In this document: positions 10,061 through 19,742 of the stretch, piece after piece
Numbering within the stretch: the stretch's first letter is position 1
Layout of the letters: each line of letters opens with the position of its first letter
Assembly (NCBI GenBank): GCA_002632265.1
Contig: NQOV01000001.1
Span: forward strand, 1,579-65,578
Source: Rhodospirillaceae bacterium MC!
Lineage (GTDB): Bacteria; Pseudomonadota; Alphaproteobacteria; MC1
Length of the DNA: 64,000 nucleotides
Direction: 5' to 3'
The notes under the pieces: generated by a model
The model's input: the letters and a program-made list of their open reading frames with translations, nothing else
Database searches by the model: none
What the model was told of the DNA's origin: nothing
Position numbers and translations under genes: made by a program

Positions 10061-10790
10061 AGGATCGTGATAAATGGGCTAATATGCACCTTACCTTAGG
10101 GCTTATGTAGACGTGAGTACACGTCGCCCTAAGTTAAGGTGCATCTTATCCCATTTCTCCCAATCCTTGGGCTTGCGGTGGGGGATGAGTGGGCTAATCT
10201 GCACCTTACCTTAGGGCTTATGTAGACGTGAGTACACGTCGCCCTAAGTTAAGGTACATCTTATCCCATTTCTCCCAATCCTTGGGCTTGCGGTGGGGGA
10301 TGAGTGGGCTAATCTGACCTTATCTTAGGTCTTATGTAGACGTGAGTACATGTCGCCCTAATTAAAGGCACATCTTATCCCATTTCTCCCAATCCTTGGG
10401 CTTGCGGTGGGGGATGAGTGGGCTAATCTGCACCTTACCTTAGGGCTTATGTAGACGTGAGTACACGTCGCCCTAAGGTAAGGCACATCTTATCCCATTT
10501 CTCCCAATCCTTGGGCTTGCGGTGGGGGATGAGTGGGCTAATCTGACCTTATCTTAGGTCTTATGTAGACGTGAGTACATGTCGCCCTAATTAAAGGCAC
10601 ATTTTATCCCATTTCTCCCAATCCTGCGGATCGTGATAAGTGGGTTAATCTGCACTTGCTAGCGGTACTAGTGTAAGCATTAAGTACACGGACGGCGTAC
10701 CGCTTGCAAGCACACCTTAGCTCATTTCTCCCGATCCTTGGGATTATGGATTGTGATCTAGGGGTTAAGATGTATCTTAAAGAATTTTAT
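10061..10790. repeat. Tandem array (BIME-like) of about six units, each about 115 bp, of the palindromic intergenic element. Each unit contains a roughly 35-bp imperfect hairpin
   Basis: The gggctaat motif recurs at 10076, 10191, 10306, 10420 and 10535, and as gggttaat at 10642. That gives periods of 115/115/114/115/107 bp. Each unit has gcaccttaccttagggcttatgtagacgtgagtacacgtcgccctaagttaaggtgc. Units alternate between two sequence variants and the last unit is degenerate. The array fills the whole holA-nth intergenic gap. Confidence 0.85.
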
Positions 10791-10814
10791 AACTGTTTAT
10801 AAGGAATGAGAATT

Positions 10815-11507
10815 ATGGCTGTAAAACCTAAAATTAAAGCGACAAAGCGTATGTTGAAAGCGGATGTTGAAGAGATGTTTCGTCGTTTTAAGGAAGATAA
10901 TCCAGAGCCTAAAAGTGATCTAGAATATACCAATACTTATACTTTATTAGTGGCGGTTACCTTATCGGCTCAAGCTACTGACGTAAGTGTTAACAAAGCA
11001 ACGAAAGATCTTTTTAAGATTGTCGCTACTCCTGAAGATATGGTAAAACTTGGCGAAGAGAAGTTAATTGAGTATATTAGATCCATAGGCTTATATAAAA
11101 CAAAAGCGAAGAATGTTATTAAAACCGCTTACGCATTGATCGAAGACCATAAAAGCCAAGTACCCAATGATAGCAAGGCCTTACAGAAATTGGCAGGGGT
11201 AGGGCGTAAAACTGCAAATGTAGTACAAAATGTAGCTTTTGGCGAACCCACCATTGCGGTTGATACTCATATTTTTAGATTAAGTAATCGCTTAGGCTTA
11301 GCCAAAGGATCGGATGTGTTAGCAGTGGAGCAGGGACTCGCAAAAGTCATCCCTAGCCCCTATGTGCAAGATTCTCATCATTGGTTGATATTACATGGGC
11401 GTTATGTTTGCAAAGCACGTAAACCAGTTTGTGAAAACTGTATTATTTATGACTTATGCAATAGCCATGAGAAAATTCACTTAGATAATCTTAAGCTAGG
11501 CTTTTAG
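10815..11507 (+). CDS. nth: Endonuclease III (HhH-GPD, 4Fe-4S)
   Basis: HhH-GPD core LQKLAGVGRKTANVV plus a C-terminal CKARKPVCENCIIYDLC cluster. I prefer the start at 10815 (RBS aaggaa at 10801) over 10806. Confidence 0.88.
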   Translation: MAVKPKIKATKRMLKADVEEMFRRFKEDNPEPKSDLEYTNTYTLLVAVTLSAQATDVSVNKATKDLFKIVATPEDMVKLGEEKLIEYIRSIGLYKTKAKNVIKTAYALIEDHKSQVPNDSKALQKLAGVGRKTANVVQNVAFGEPTIAVDTHIFRLSNRLGLAKGSDVLAVEQGLAKVIPSPYVQDSHHWLILHGRYVCKARKPVCENCIIYDLCNSHEKIHLDNLKLGF

Positions 11508-11720
11508 TTTAGATTTTTGTTGTTGTTGCAATTTCTCTTGAGCTTTGGCTTTTTCTTCGTCGTCTAACACTACCATAGCCATATCTAAAATATTAGAGGC
11601 CTCTATATGCCCTAAGAATCGAGCGGTTTTTGAGATTTTGTATAATGTTAAATTAAGATCTGAAATGTCATTGTTTTGAGTATTGCGATCCTTAAGATGT
11701 GTATATTTTTCAATTTTCAT
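11496..11720 (-). CDS. Small hypothetical protein (about 74 aa). Paralog of the adjacent 11776-12018 gene
   Basis: I chose the internal start MKIEKYTHL. KISKTARFLGHIEASNILDMAMVVL aligns with LCKTALEAKKLGYVNAVKLISLAMEL in the neighbour. It overlaps the 3' end of nth convergently by 12 bp. Confidence 0.4.
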   Translation of the reverse strand: MKIEKYTHLKDRNTQNNDISDLNLTLYKISKTARFLGHIEASNILDMAMVVLDDEEKAKAQEKLQQQQKSKLKA

Positions 11721-11775
11721 GGAATTATGCCTTTTTGAAGTTGGTTTATGGTTTGCGATATTGTGTATGATGTCT

Positions 11776-12018
11776 TTAGGCAACAAATGGCTTGTTGTCA
11801 TCTTTATAGTTATCGTTTTTGTTGTCGTATTCTTCGTATTTGAACTTATGGAAGGCAATTACATTGCTTTCTTGTTTATCGCTAGGATTTTCTATCAACT
11901 CCATAGCTAAGCTTATAAGTTTCACAGCATTTACGTATCCGAGTTTTTTCGCTTCCAATGCAGTTTTGCATAATTCAATGGTTAGCGGGTTCACGTCGTC
12001 AGATTGATAATTTATCAT
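11776..12018 (-). CDS. Small hypothetical protein (80 aa). Paralog of 11496-11720
   Basis: Start MINYQSDD preceded by RBS aggaga. The ORF-track start at 12114 lacks an RBS. Low-complexity acidic/Asn-rich C-terminus. Confidence 0.45.
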   Translation of the reverse strand: MINYQSDDVNPLTIELCKTALEAKKLGYVNAVKLISLAMELIENPSDKQESNVIAFHKFKYEEYDNKNDNYKDDNKPFVA

Positions 12019-12237
12019 GATTAATCTCCTTAAGATTAAAATTATTATTATTATTGGATAATCATTGTTATCTACATTATTCATTGTAGCGACTCTTACA
12101 AGAAAAAACCGCAAAAAAGATTTAAAACGTTTTAAATTCCATATTCTACGCTATTTTTAAAAAAAATAAAGATCTTGAAAAATGCGAATCTTTCCTATAT
12201 AATCACATATGAAGTAAATAGAATGGGAGGATTAATT

Positions 12238-13221
12238 ATGAAAAAAATCGGAATCATTGGAGCAGGAGCTTGGGGAACAGCTCTAGCCTGTATGGCCGAG
12301 CGTAATGGCTTGGAAACTCATATATGGGCCTTTGAAAAAGATGTGGTAGAAGATATTAACTTAAATCATCATAATAAATATATATCTGATTTTCCTGTGA
12401 AAAATATCACTGCACATTCTGATTTTAATTTTCTTCAAGATGTGGATTTCATTTTAGTTGTAACTCCATCGCAATTTACAAGATCAATTCTCCAACAAGC
12501 AAAAAATCACATAAAAGAGACAATTCCTGTAATTACCTGTTGTAAAGGCATAGAAGATACTAGCTACCTACTACCAACTCAAATTATAGACGAGATTTTA
12601 CCAAATAACATCACAGGAGTCTTAACAGGCCCTACATTCGCTTACGATGCCATGGCAGGTCTACCAATCGCCGCTTGTATTGCTTGCGATAATGAAAAGA
12701 TCCGTAATGATATTTCTCAAGCCTATTCGGGTAATAACTTCCGTTTGTATCCTTTAGAAGATAAAATTGGGGCCCAAGTGGGCGGAGCATTAAAAAATGT
12801 TATCGCCATTGGCTCGGGTATAGTTACAGGGAAAAAACTAGGCGATAACGCCCGTGCAGCACTAGTAACAAGATCCCTTAGCGAAATGAAAAAACTCACC
12901 ATAAAAATCGGTGGCAAACCAGAGACATTAATGTCCCTTGCAGGCATAGGCGATTTAATGTTGACAGCCTATTCCCAACAGTCTCGCAATTGCTCTCTAG
13001 GTACGGCCATAGGTCAAGGAAGATCCTTAGATGATATCCTATCAGAACGTATTTCCGTAGCCGAAGGAGTAGCCACCGCCAAATCTGTCTCTGAACTAGC
13101 CCACAATCTTAAAATCGATATGCCCATCTGTTTTGCCGTTGAGAGTATCATACATCAAAAACACAATATCGATGATGTGATGAAAAGATTGTTATCCCGT
13201 CCCATACCAAAAACTAGCTAA
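12238..13221 (+). CDS. gpsA: NAD(P)H-dependent glycerol-3-phosphate dehydrogenase
   Basis: MKKIGIIGAGAWGTALA Rossmann N-terminus and a GpsA-like core. Start placed at 12238 after RBS ggagg. Confidence 0.88.
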   Translation: MKKIGIIGAGAWGTALACMAERNGLETHIWAFEKDVVEDINLNHHNKYISDFPVKNITAHSDFNFLQDVDFILVVTPSQFTRSILQQAKNHIKETIPVITCCKGIEDTSYLLPTQIIDEILPNNITGVLTGPTFAYDAMAGLPIAACIACDNEKIRNDISQAYSGNNFRLYPLEDKIGAQVGGALKNVIAIGSGIVTGKKLGDNARAALVTRSLSEMKKLTIKIGGKPETLMSLAGIGDLMLTAYSQQSRNCSLGTAIGQGRSLDDILSERISVAEGVATAKSVSELAHNLKIDMPICFAVESIIHQKHNIDDVMKRLLSRPIPKTS

Positions 13222-13295
13222 GGATTGTGATGATCTGTATCTTAACTTAAAGACTAATGTAGGTATGCTTTGAGGTGTGTATGGGCTTATTTTTC
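13222..13295. repeat. Degenerate copy of the palindromic intergenic element, starting at the gpsA stop codon
   Basis: ggattgtgatgatctgtatcttaacttaaag resembles the terminal unit ggattgtgatctaggggttaagatgtatcttaaag at 10750. Confidence 0.4.
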
Positions 13296-13404
13296 ATATA
13301 CTTTAAATATTTATATTTTCTAATTGAAAACTCATAAAAAAAGTGTTACATTATAGAATATTGAGAAGTTAAATTAAAAGAGATAAAAATAAGGGGTTAA
13401 AGCC

Positions 13405-15213
13405 ATGAAGACGATCAAGATTAAAGATCTAGGTACAGAACCAGTTGATGACGCAACCTTAATATCATCAATGACAATGCTAACCGCCATTCAAGTCCAT
13501 AAAAAAGGCGATGTTGGTAAGGCGGCAACTATTTATTCCAATGTTTTAAAACACAATTCTGAAAGCTCGGATGCCTCTTGTCTGCTAGGTATGGCCGCTT
13601 ACGATAACGGTATGTACGACGAAGCCGAAAAATTAATGCGTAAGGCTACCGAGTTAGATCCTAATAATCCAGATTATCAATTACAAATCGGCAGGGTCTA
13701 CAACAAGCAAGGGAAAAAAGATCTTGCACTTGAAGCCTTTAGTAAGGCAATAGTAACTGCTCCACGTCCTGATGCGTTCATCGATATGGGCGATATGGCT
13801 TTTGCTGAAGAAAAATTCGAGCAAGCGGAAAATTGCTATAAACAAGCCATTTCCATGGCTCCAGATGAGCATTCTTATTATTATAAGTTAGCTGATTACT
13901 ATCAAAAGATCAAGAAAATCGATCTTGCCATTGAAACATGGGGAATCGCTTTAACTTATGCGGTGGATGATAACTATCAACGCTTTATGTTAGTGCGTTT
14001 GTGTTTGCAAAATAAATATAAACGTCAAGCATTAGAGCATATTTCTGTATTAATCGCCAATAAGGATGATTTAACTCCACAAGTGCAATTGTTACTTGCT
14101 CCCATTTGTCATAATTTAGAAGATTACGAGGGAGCGGCCCTATTATGGCAAGCGGTAATTAATCGCACTCCACAACGTAGCGATCTATACTTAAAAGTTG
14201 GCGATTCATATTATAAGATAAAAAAATACGATTCGGCTATTATTGCTTATCGTTTATATCTTGATGAGTATGATTATGCCCCTAAAGTATATAAAAAGCT
14301 TGCAAAAGCCTTATTTAATGTGGGTCATGCCAATGAGGCCTTTGAATGTATGCGTATTGCCATTGATCAAGGAAATAATCAACCTGAATTCTTCATTACT
14401 CTTGCTACTATGTATCAAAAAATGGAGAATTATGATCAAGCTTTATCCGTATTATATGAGGCGGATAAACTTAATCCCAATAACGAAAAAATTCTCAATC
14501 TTATTGAGATCTTTAAACAATTGGTTTCTAAAGCAAAAGAACCAGATAACCAAAAAGCTAAAGTTAAAGCTAAACCAAAAGTTAAAGCGAAAACTAAAGC
14601 TAAATTACAACCTCATGGTAAACCTATCGGAACAAAAATGAAACAATCGGCTAAGGCGAATGTCTACGATCTGCTATTGTCTCAAGTGGGTCAATCGAGC
14701 GAAAGTATAGAGCCAAAAGCTCGAGCTAAACCTAAGCCTAAACCCAAAAGACAAATGGCAAGAAAACCACGTAAACCCGCTCCTAATCAAGAGAGTAAAG
14801 GGAGTAGATTGGATTCTAATATCTTAGATAAACTTAACAGAGTGGAAAATTCTAAGAATCAGGATATGAAACAGAAAAACATTAAGCAAGCTCAACCTAA
14901 AGTTAAAGCCAAACCTAGTAATAAAGCAAATGACATCCCTAAGGTTGGCACTCCCAATATAGCCAATAACAAATCCTTTAAAACTTCCACTAAAAAGGAT
15001 CAGGGCTTAAGCTTGGATGTGCTAAAGGATATCTTGCAAGATAATAAAGATAACCAATCAGAACAAACAAGCCAAAGAGAACGCCTAGCTATGGATCTTT
15101 CAAATAAAATGAAATCATCAAAAGATCAAAAAATCCCAAGAAAAGTAGTAACAGAAGCCTACAATCATACTAATTTCCAAGGATATGACGATGATGAAGA
15201 TGACGACGAGTAA
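13405..15213 (+). CDS. TPR-repeat protein with a long Lys/Pro-rich tail (AKVKAKPKVKAKTKAK) and a poly-acidic C-terminal end
   Basis: Multiple TPR-like repeats (AxxxYxxALxxxP patterns). The C-terminal 200 aa are low complexity and end DDDEDDDE. Confidence 0.6.
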   Translation: MKTIKIKDLGTEPVDDATLISSMTMLTAIQVHKKGDVGKAATIYSNVLKHNSESSDASCLLGMAAYDNGMYDEAEKLMRKATELDPNNPDYQLQIGRVYNKQGKKDLALEAFSKAIVTAPRPDAFIDMGDMAFAEEKFEQAENCYKQAISMAPDEHSYYYKLADYYQKIKKIDLAIETWGIALTYAVDDNYQRFMLVRLCLQNKYKRQALEHISVLIANKDDLTPQVQLLLAPICHNLEDYEGAALLWQAVINRTPQRSDLYLKVGDSYYKIKKYDSAIIAYRLYLDEYDYAPKVYKKLAKALFNVGHANEAFECMRIAIDQGNNQPEFFITLATMYQKMENYDQALSVLYEADKLNPNNEKILNLIEIFKQLVSKAKEPDNQKAKVKAKPKVKAKTKAKLQPHGKPIGTKMKQSAKANVYDLLLSQVGQSSESIEPKARAKPKPKPKRQMARKPRKPAPNQESKGSRLDSNILDKLNRVENSKNQDMKQKNIKQAQPKVKAKPSNKANDIPKVGTPNIANNKSFKTSTKKDQGLSLDVLKDILQDNKDNQSEQTSQRERLAMDLSNKMKSSKDQKIPRKVVTEAYNHTNFQGYDDDEDDDE

Positions 15214-15304
15214 TATATATTTTACAATAAATGGTTGAATATATCTATAGAATATGTTATGCTAAGATAATGGATTTACTATTTAAATAACATGGAGGTG
15301 TATA

Positions 15305-16525
15305 ATGACAACAATAAATATTGCTATAGTTGGCTTGGGGACTGTTGGATCTGGTTTAGTAACTATTCTAAATGAAAATGCAGATCATATTTTAAAGCAT
15401 ACAAATGTAACAGTAAAGTGCGTTTCCGTTATAGATCGTTCCGATAAAAATAAAGGAATCTTGCCGAAATCCGTTGAGCATTTTGGTAAAGATCCGCTAG
15501 ATATCCCTGATAACTATGATGTTCTAGTGGAAACAATGGGCGGTACAGATTTAGCCTTTCATGTGTGCAAAATGGCACTCTCAAAAGGAAAAAGCGTTGT
15601 TACTGCCAATAAGGCCATGCTGGCACTCCATGGGAAAGAATTGGCAGAAATCGCCGAAAAAAATAATGCTCAATTGAGAATTGAAGCCTCTATCGGTGGT
15701 GGTATTCCTGTTGTTAAGACCATAAAAGAAACTTTTGTTTGTTCGCCTATTACGAAAGTCGAAGGAATTCTAAATGGCTCATGTAATTATATTTTAACAC
15801 AAATGGAAAGCAAAAACATATCCTATGAAGACGCTCTAAAAGACGCTCAAGCTAAAGGATACGCTGAAAGTAACCCATCTCTAGATGTGGACGGAATCGA
15901 TACCGCTCACAAGATCAATGTTCTTGCTAAGTTGGCATTTGGGCAAGATATTAAAATGGAAGATATGGGAATAACAGGTATTTCCCATATAACCCTTGAT
16001 GATGTTAACATTCTTAAACGCTTGGGAATGAAAATTAAGCTAATAGCTACAACTAAAAAAGTTGATGATGAGCATTGTATATGCAATGTGAGACCCACAA
16101 TCGTTTGTGAAACTCGTCCATTTTCCGATGTAAATGGTACTATGAATCTAGTTAAGATGTATAATGATACTCTTGAAGAAATGGCTCTTATCGGGCATGG
16201 TGCAGGAATGAAACCTACAGGCAATGCCATATTATGCGACATTCTAGATATTGCACAAGGTGGATATCATCATACTTTTTCCCATAATGCTAGCGATATA
16301 AAAGACGCAAAAACTGTCGCTGATACTAGTAGTTTACACTATTTAGTACGATTAAATAAGAAGATTGATGATGATTTAATAGAAAAAGAGTTTGTTGAAA
16401 ATAATATTGCCTATGCTTTAACAATATCTTTAAATCCTGAATCGATAAATGAGCTATTTAAAGGTAATATATACTACGAATTACACGAACCGCTACAAAA
16501 ACTACATAAAAAAGATAGATCATAA
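15305..16525 (+). CDS. hom: Homoserine dehydrogenase
   Basis: INIAIVGLGTVGSGL N-terminal NAD-binding motif. ...LNGSCNYILTQM... is the catalytic-domain pattern of HSD. RBS ggagg. Confidence 0.8.
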   Translation: MTTINIAIVGLGTVGSGLVTILNENADHILKHTNVTVKCVSVIDRSDKNKGILPKSVEHFGKDPLDIPDNYDVLVETMGGTDLAFHVCKMALSKGKSVVTANKAMLALHGKELAEIAEKNNAQLRIEASIGGGIPVVKTIKETFVCSPITKVEGILNGSCNYILTQMESKNISYEDALKDAQAKGYAESNPSLDVDGIDTAHKINVLAKLAFGQDIKMEDMGITGISHITLDDVNILKRLGMKIKLIATTKKVDDEHCICNVRPTIVCETRPFSDVNGTMNLVKMYNDTLEEMALIGHGAGMKPTGNAILCDILDIAQGGYHHTFSHNASDIKDAKTVADTSSLHYLVRLNKKIDDDLIEKEFVENNIAYALTISLNPESINELFKGNIYYELHEPLQKLHKKDRS

Positions 16526-17060
16526 AAAAAATTATTTGACTTTTAGAATCATCTGTGTTAGGATACTAATTAATCAATAAATTTAATACATAATGTGAAG
16601 TAGATGGCGTTATTACTTAAATAAGTGAGATCTGTGATGCAAAATAAATGAAAATTTATTTGTAGCATTGGTTTAGCTTATAATAAAAAAAGAAAAGCGG
16701 AAATCAAAAAATATTGTGTTATTTATATAGAATATAAAAATTATAGAACTGTGGTTTATTTAGGGTCTTAAATATTAGCAATAATTAATTTAAGGCAATA
16801 AATTATACTATACACTGAAATACTAAAAATTAATATGGTATTTGTGTTGTGGTATAAAGTGAGTCATTTTATTATTTTTTGTTTAGTACATATGTTTGTA
16901 AAACAATAAGAATAAAATGGCGAAATTTAAACACTCTAACTCTATTATCTTATTTATTAAATGAGAATAATAGGGGTAGGGTGTTTTTTTTGATATCTAT
17001 CTTATTATACAAAACTTATAAAAAAGGAGTATAAGCTTTCAAGGCTTTTGTAAGTATAAC

Positions 17061-18812
17061 ATGAAAAATAATTCAAAAGAGTTTGCTAAACCCAATTATG
17101 TTACGGATCGATTAAAGAGTAAAACTCGTTTAATGCACTCTAAAAATATTGTAAAGTTTGGCTTTGATTTTCATCCGCAAGTTTCCATAGTATCAGGATT
17201 ACTAGTGTTGCTATTTGTGGGGATAACCATATATTCACCGCAAAAAACTGGGATTTTTTTAGCTCAAGTAAAAACGCTCATTACAACAAAATTTAATTGG
17301 TTTTTTATCTTAAGTGCGAATGCTAGTTTGGTTTATCCCATATATTTAATGTTTAGTAAGCTTGGCGATGTAAAATTAGGCGGACCGGAAGCGAAACCAG
17401 AATATAAAAATTTTGCTTGGTATTCTATGCTTTTAAGTGCTGGTATGGGCATCGGACTAATGTTCTATAGTGTAGCCGAACCACTGTTACATTTTCATCA
17501 TCTGCCACCAATGATAGATAAATCCACAGCAGGATCTGCCTTGGGAATTACCTTTTATCATTGGGGATTGCACCCGTGGGGAATGTATACTCTTGTTGGG
17601 CTTTCTTTGGCATTTTTCCATTATAATCGTGGTTTGCCCCTTTCTTTACGTTCGGCATTTTATCCTATCTTTAAGAACTATGTTTTTGGTTGGGTAGGGG
17701 ACGCTATCGACATATTAGCGGTAATCTCATGCTTATTTGGTCTTGCTACATCTTTAGGATTGGGAGCACAACAGATAAACGCAGGTTTACATTACATCTT
17801 CGGCATTCCACAAACACCACTTATCCAATTGATAATTATTGTTTTAATTACCATTGTTGCGACTATCTCTGTTGTATCAGGTGTGAGTAATGGCGTGCGA
17901 ATACTTTCCGAATTAAATATCCGTGTGGCGTTTATCTTTATGATACTGATTCTTGTGTTAGGGCCGACAATTTTCATTTTACGTAGTTTTAATAATGGCT
18001 TGGGCTATTATCTTAACAATATTGTTTCCATTAGCTTTTTCACTCAAAATAAGGGAGAATGGCAGGGTACTTGGACTATTTTCTATTGGGCTTGGTGGAT
18101 ATCATGGTCGCCATTTGTGGGGATCTTCATTGCACGTATTTCCAAAGGACGTACAGTGCGAGAATTCGTAAGTGCTATTTTGATTGTGCCAACTTTGTTA
18201 AGTTTTATTTGGATGTCAACCTTTGGCGGAACATCGTTATTTCTTTCGCACGTATCGAACACGTTAATTACCGCAGTGGATAAGGATCTATCCACATCAC
18301 TATTTGCGATGATCCACCTACTTAACATCCCGATGTATTTGAAAATAGCCTTGTGTGTGGTTGGTACGTTCTTGATTATTGCCTTTTTCATCACATCATC
18401 GGATTCAGGATCGTTGGTGGTAGATAGTTTAACATCAGGCGGAAAAACCACTTCGCCCACATTTCAGCGTATATTTTGGGCAAGCTTACAAGGAGCGGTA
18501 GCCATGACTCTCTTAATGATCGGCGGGAAAAAAGCCTTGGTTACTTTGCAAACTGGGGTTATTATATCTGGTCTGCCCTTTGCGGTCGTGCTACTTGCTA
18601 TGATATATAGCTTGCAAAAGGGCCTTAATAAAGACTTAAATAAGCTCAAGAACTATCGTCAAGATAAGCTTGCCAATAAGCTCTTTAATAAGAAAATTAT
18701 TCAAGATCAGGAAAATCCTAAAATAACAGATAAGTTATTAAAGGCAAAAAAGGCCACAACATCCAAAGTTAAAGCCAAAGTTACAGCACTCAAGCCGAAA
18801 AGTAAAAAGTAA
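17061..18812 (+). CDS. BCCT-family (betaine/carnitine/choline) transporter with a Lys-rich C-terminal tail
   Basis: 12-TM topology. The conserved BCCT signature region WTIFYWAWWISWSPFVGIFIARISKGRTVREF is present. Confidence 0.88.
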   Translation: MKNNSKEFAKPNYVTDRLKSKTRLMHSKNIVKFGFDFHPQVSIVSGLLVLLFVGITIYSPQKTGIFLAQVKTLITTKFNWFFILSANASLVYPIYLMFSKLGDVKLGGPEAKPEYKNFAWYSMLLSAGMGIGLMFYSVAEPLLHFHHLPPMIDKSTAGSALGITFYHWGLHPWGMYTLVGLSLAFFHYNRGLPLSLRSAFYPIFKNYVFGWVGDAIDILAVISCLFGLATSLGLGAQQINAGLHYIFGIPQTPLIQLIIIVLITIVATISVVSGVSNGVRILSELNIRVAFIFMILILVLGPTIFILRSFNNGLGYYLNNIVSISFFTQNKGEWQGTWTIFYWAWWISWSPFVGIFIARISKGRTVREFVSAILIVPTLLSFIWMSTFGGTSLFLSHVSNTLITAVDKDLSTSLFAMIHLLNIPMYLKIALCVVGTFLIIAFFITSSDSGSLVVDSLTSGGKTTSPTFQRIFWASLQGAVAMTLLMIGGKKALVTLQTGVIISGLPFAVVLLAMIYSLQKGLNKDLNKLKNYRQDKLANKLFNKKIIQDQENPKITDKLLKAKKATTSKVKAKVTALKPKSKK

Positions 18813-18825
18813 GCTTTAAGTAATA

Positions 18826-18867
18826 ACAACTCTCTTACATTATTTTAAGAGAGTTGTTGCTTTTTTC
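18826..18867 (+). terminator. Rho-independent terminator after the BCCT gene
   Basis: aacaactctctta-cattatttt-aagagagttgtt followed by gcttttttc. Confidence 0.75.
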
Positions 18868-18976
18868 TTATTCTTTTTCTTTTTCTAACTTCTAACTTCT
18901 AACTTCCTATTCTCGTTTCTTAAAAGAACAGAAATAAAAAAAAGATATGAATATAACTTCATATCTTTTTTATATA

Positions 18977-19063
18977 TGGTGCGAGTGGCCGGACTCGAAC
19001 CGGCACGCTATTGCTAGCGAGGGATTTTAAGTCCCTTGCGTCTACCAATTCCGCCACACTCGC
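18977..19063 (-). tRNA. tRNA-Leu (anticodon UAA), copy 1
   Basis: The reverse complement reads gcgagtgtggcggaattggtagacgcaagggacttaaaatccctcgctagcaatagcgtgccggttcgagtccggccactcgcacca. It has an anticodon loop cuUAAaa, a long variable arm and an encoded CCA. Confidence 0.9.
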
Positions 19064-19286
19064 TTAAATCATGTTACACATCATTTGAGCCATATTCAAT
19101 AGTACTTAGTATATTTTAGAATTGGTAGAAATAAAATACATACTATTATAATTACTAACAAATACAGCTTTAGATATCTTTTAATAAGTAGGGGCTACAA
19201 ATTATATAAGCCCCAGCTTAAATGATAATAAATTATCTGGGGATATCTAAAATACAAAAATAAAAAAAAATTAATCTTTTATATAA

Positions 19287-19373
19287 TGGTGCGAGTGGCC
19301 GGACTCGAACCGGCACGCTATTGCTAGCGAGGGATTTTAAGTCCCTTGCGTCTACCAATTCCGCCACACTCGC
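19287..19373 (-). tRNA. tRNA-Leu (anticodon UAA), copy 2. Identical to copy 1
   Basis: The 87-nt sequence is identical to copy 1. It lies 223 bp downstream on the same strand. Confidence 0.9.
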
Positions 19374-19742
19374 TTAAATATGTAATCCTATTATGTGAAA
19401 TAATAAGAGACAAATCAAGTATTTGTTAATATGCCTATTAGACACTATTTTTATCAGATTGTCAAATATTTTTTTTGCTTTTAGTGAATGGCAAAATTAA
19501 ACACATGATTTTATACAATTTATTTTATAAAAATAACAGATGAGAATAATATATAAGAATCACTTGAATTTAGAAAGGCTAAAACTTCCTTTGATCTGGA
19601 AAAAAAACTTGATATCTAAGAGGAATTATGATAAATATTAACCATTATATTCAAATGCTTAGAGATTAACATTTTATTATGAATTTCATGTTACAATACA
19701 ATATAATATAATATATCTAACATAATAGAAATAAAATAATTA

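Noticed and set aside
9902-10099. ORF 9902-10099 and other short ORFs overlapping the end of holA and the repeat array
   Set aside because: It overlaps a better-supported gene in another frame and runs into the repeat. It has no RBS.
10061-10790. Possible CRISPR array
   Set aside because: The units are contiguous 115-bp repeats with no unique spacers between them and no cas genes nearby. It is a tandem palindromic-element array, not a CRISPR.
14243-14641. 132-aa ORF inside the TPR gene
   Set aside because: It is an alternate frame of the Lys-rich region of the 13405-15213 gene. Its composition reflects the underlying repeat.
18868-19742. Duplicated tRNA-Leu as the attachment site of an integrated element
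   Set aside because: Both copies are full length. The sequence between and beside them is short, non-coding and lacks an integrase or direct-repeat att halves.
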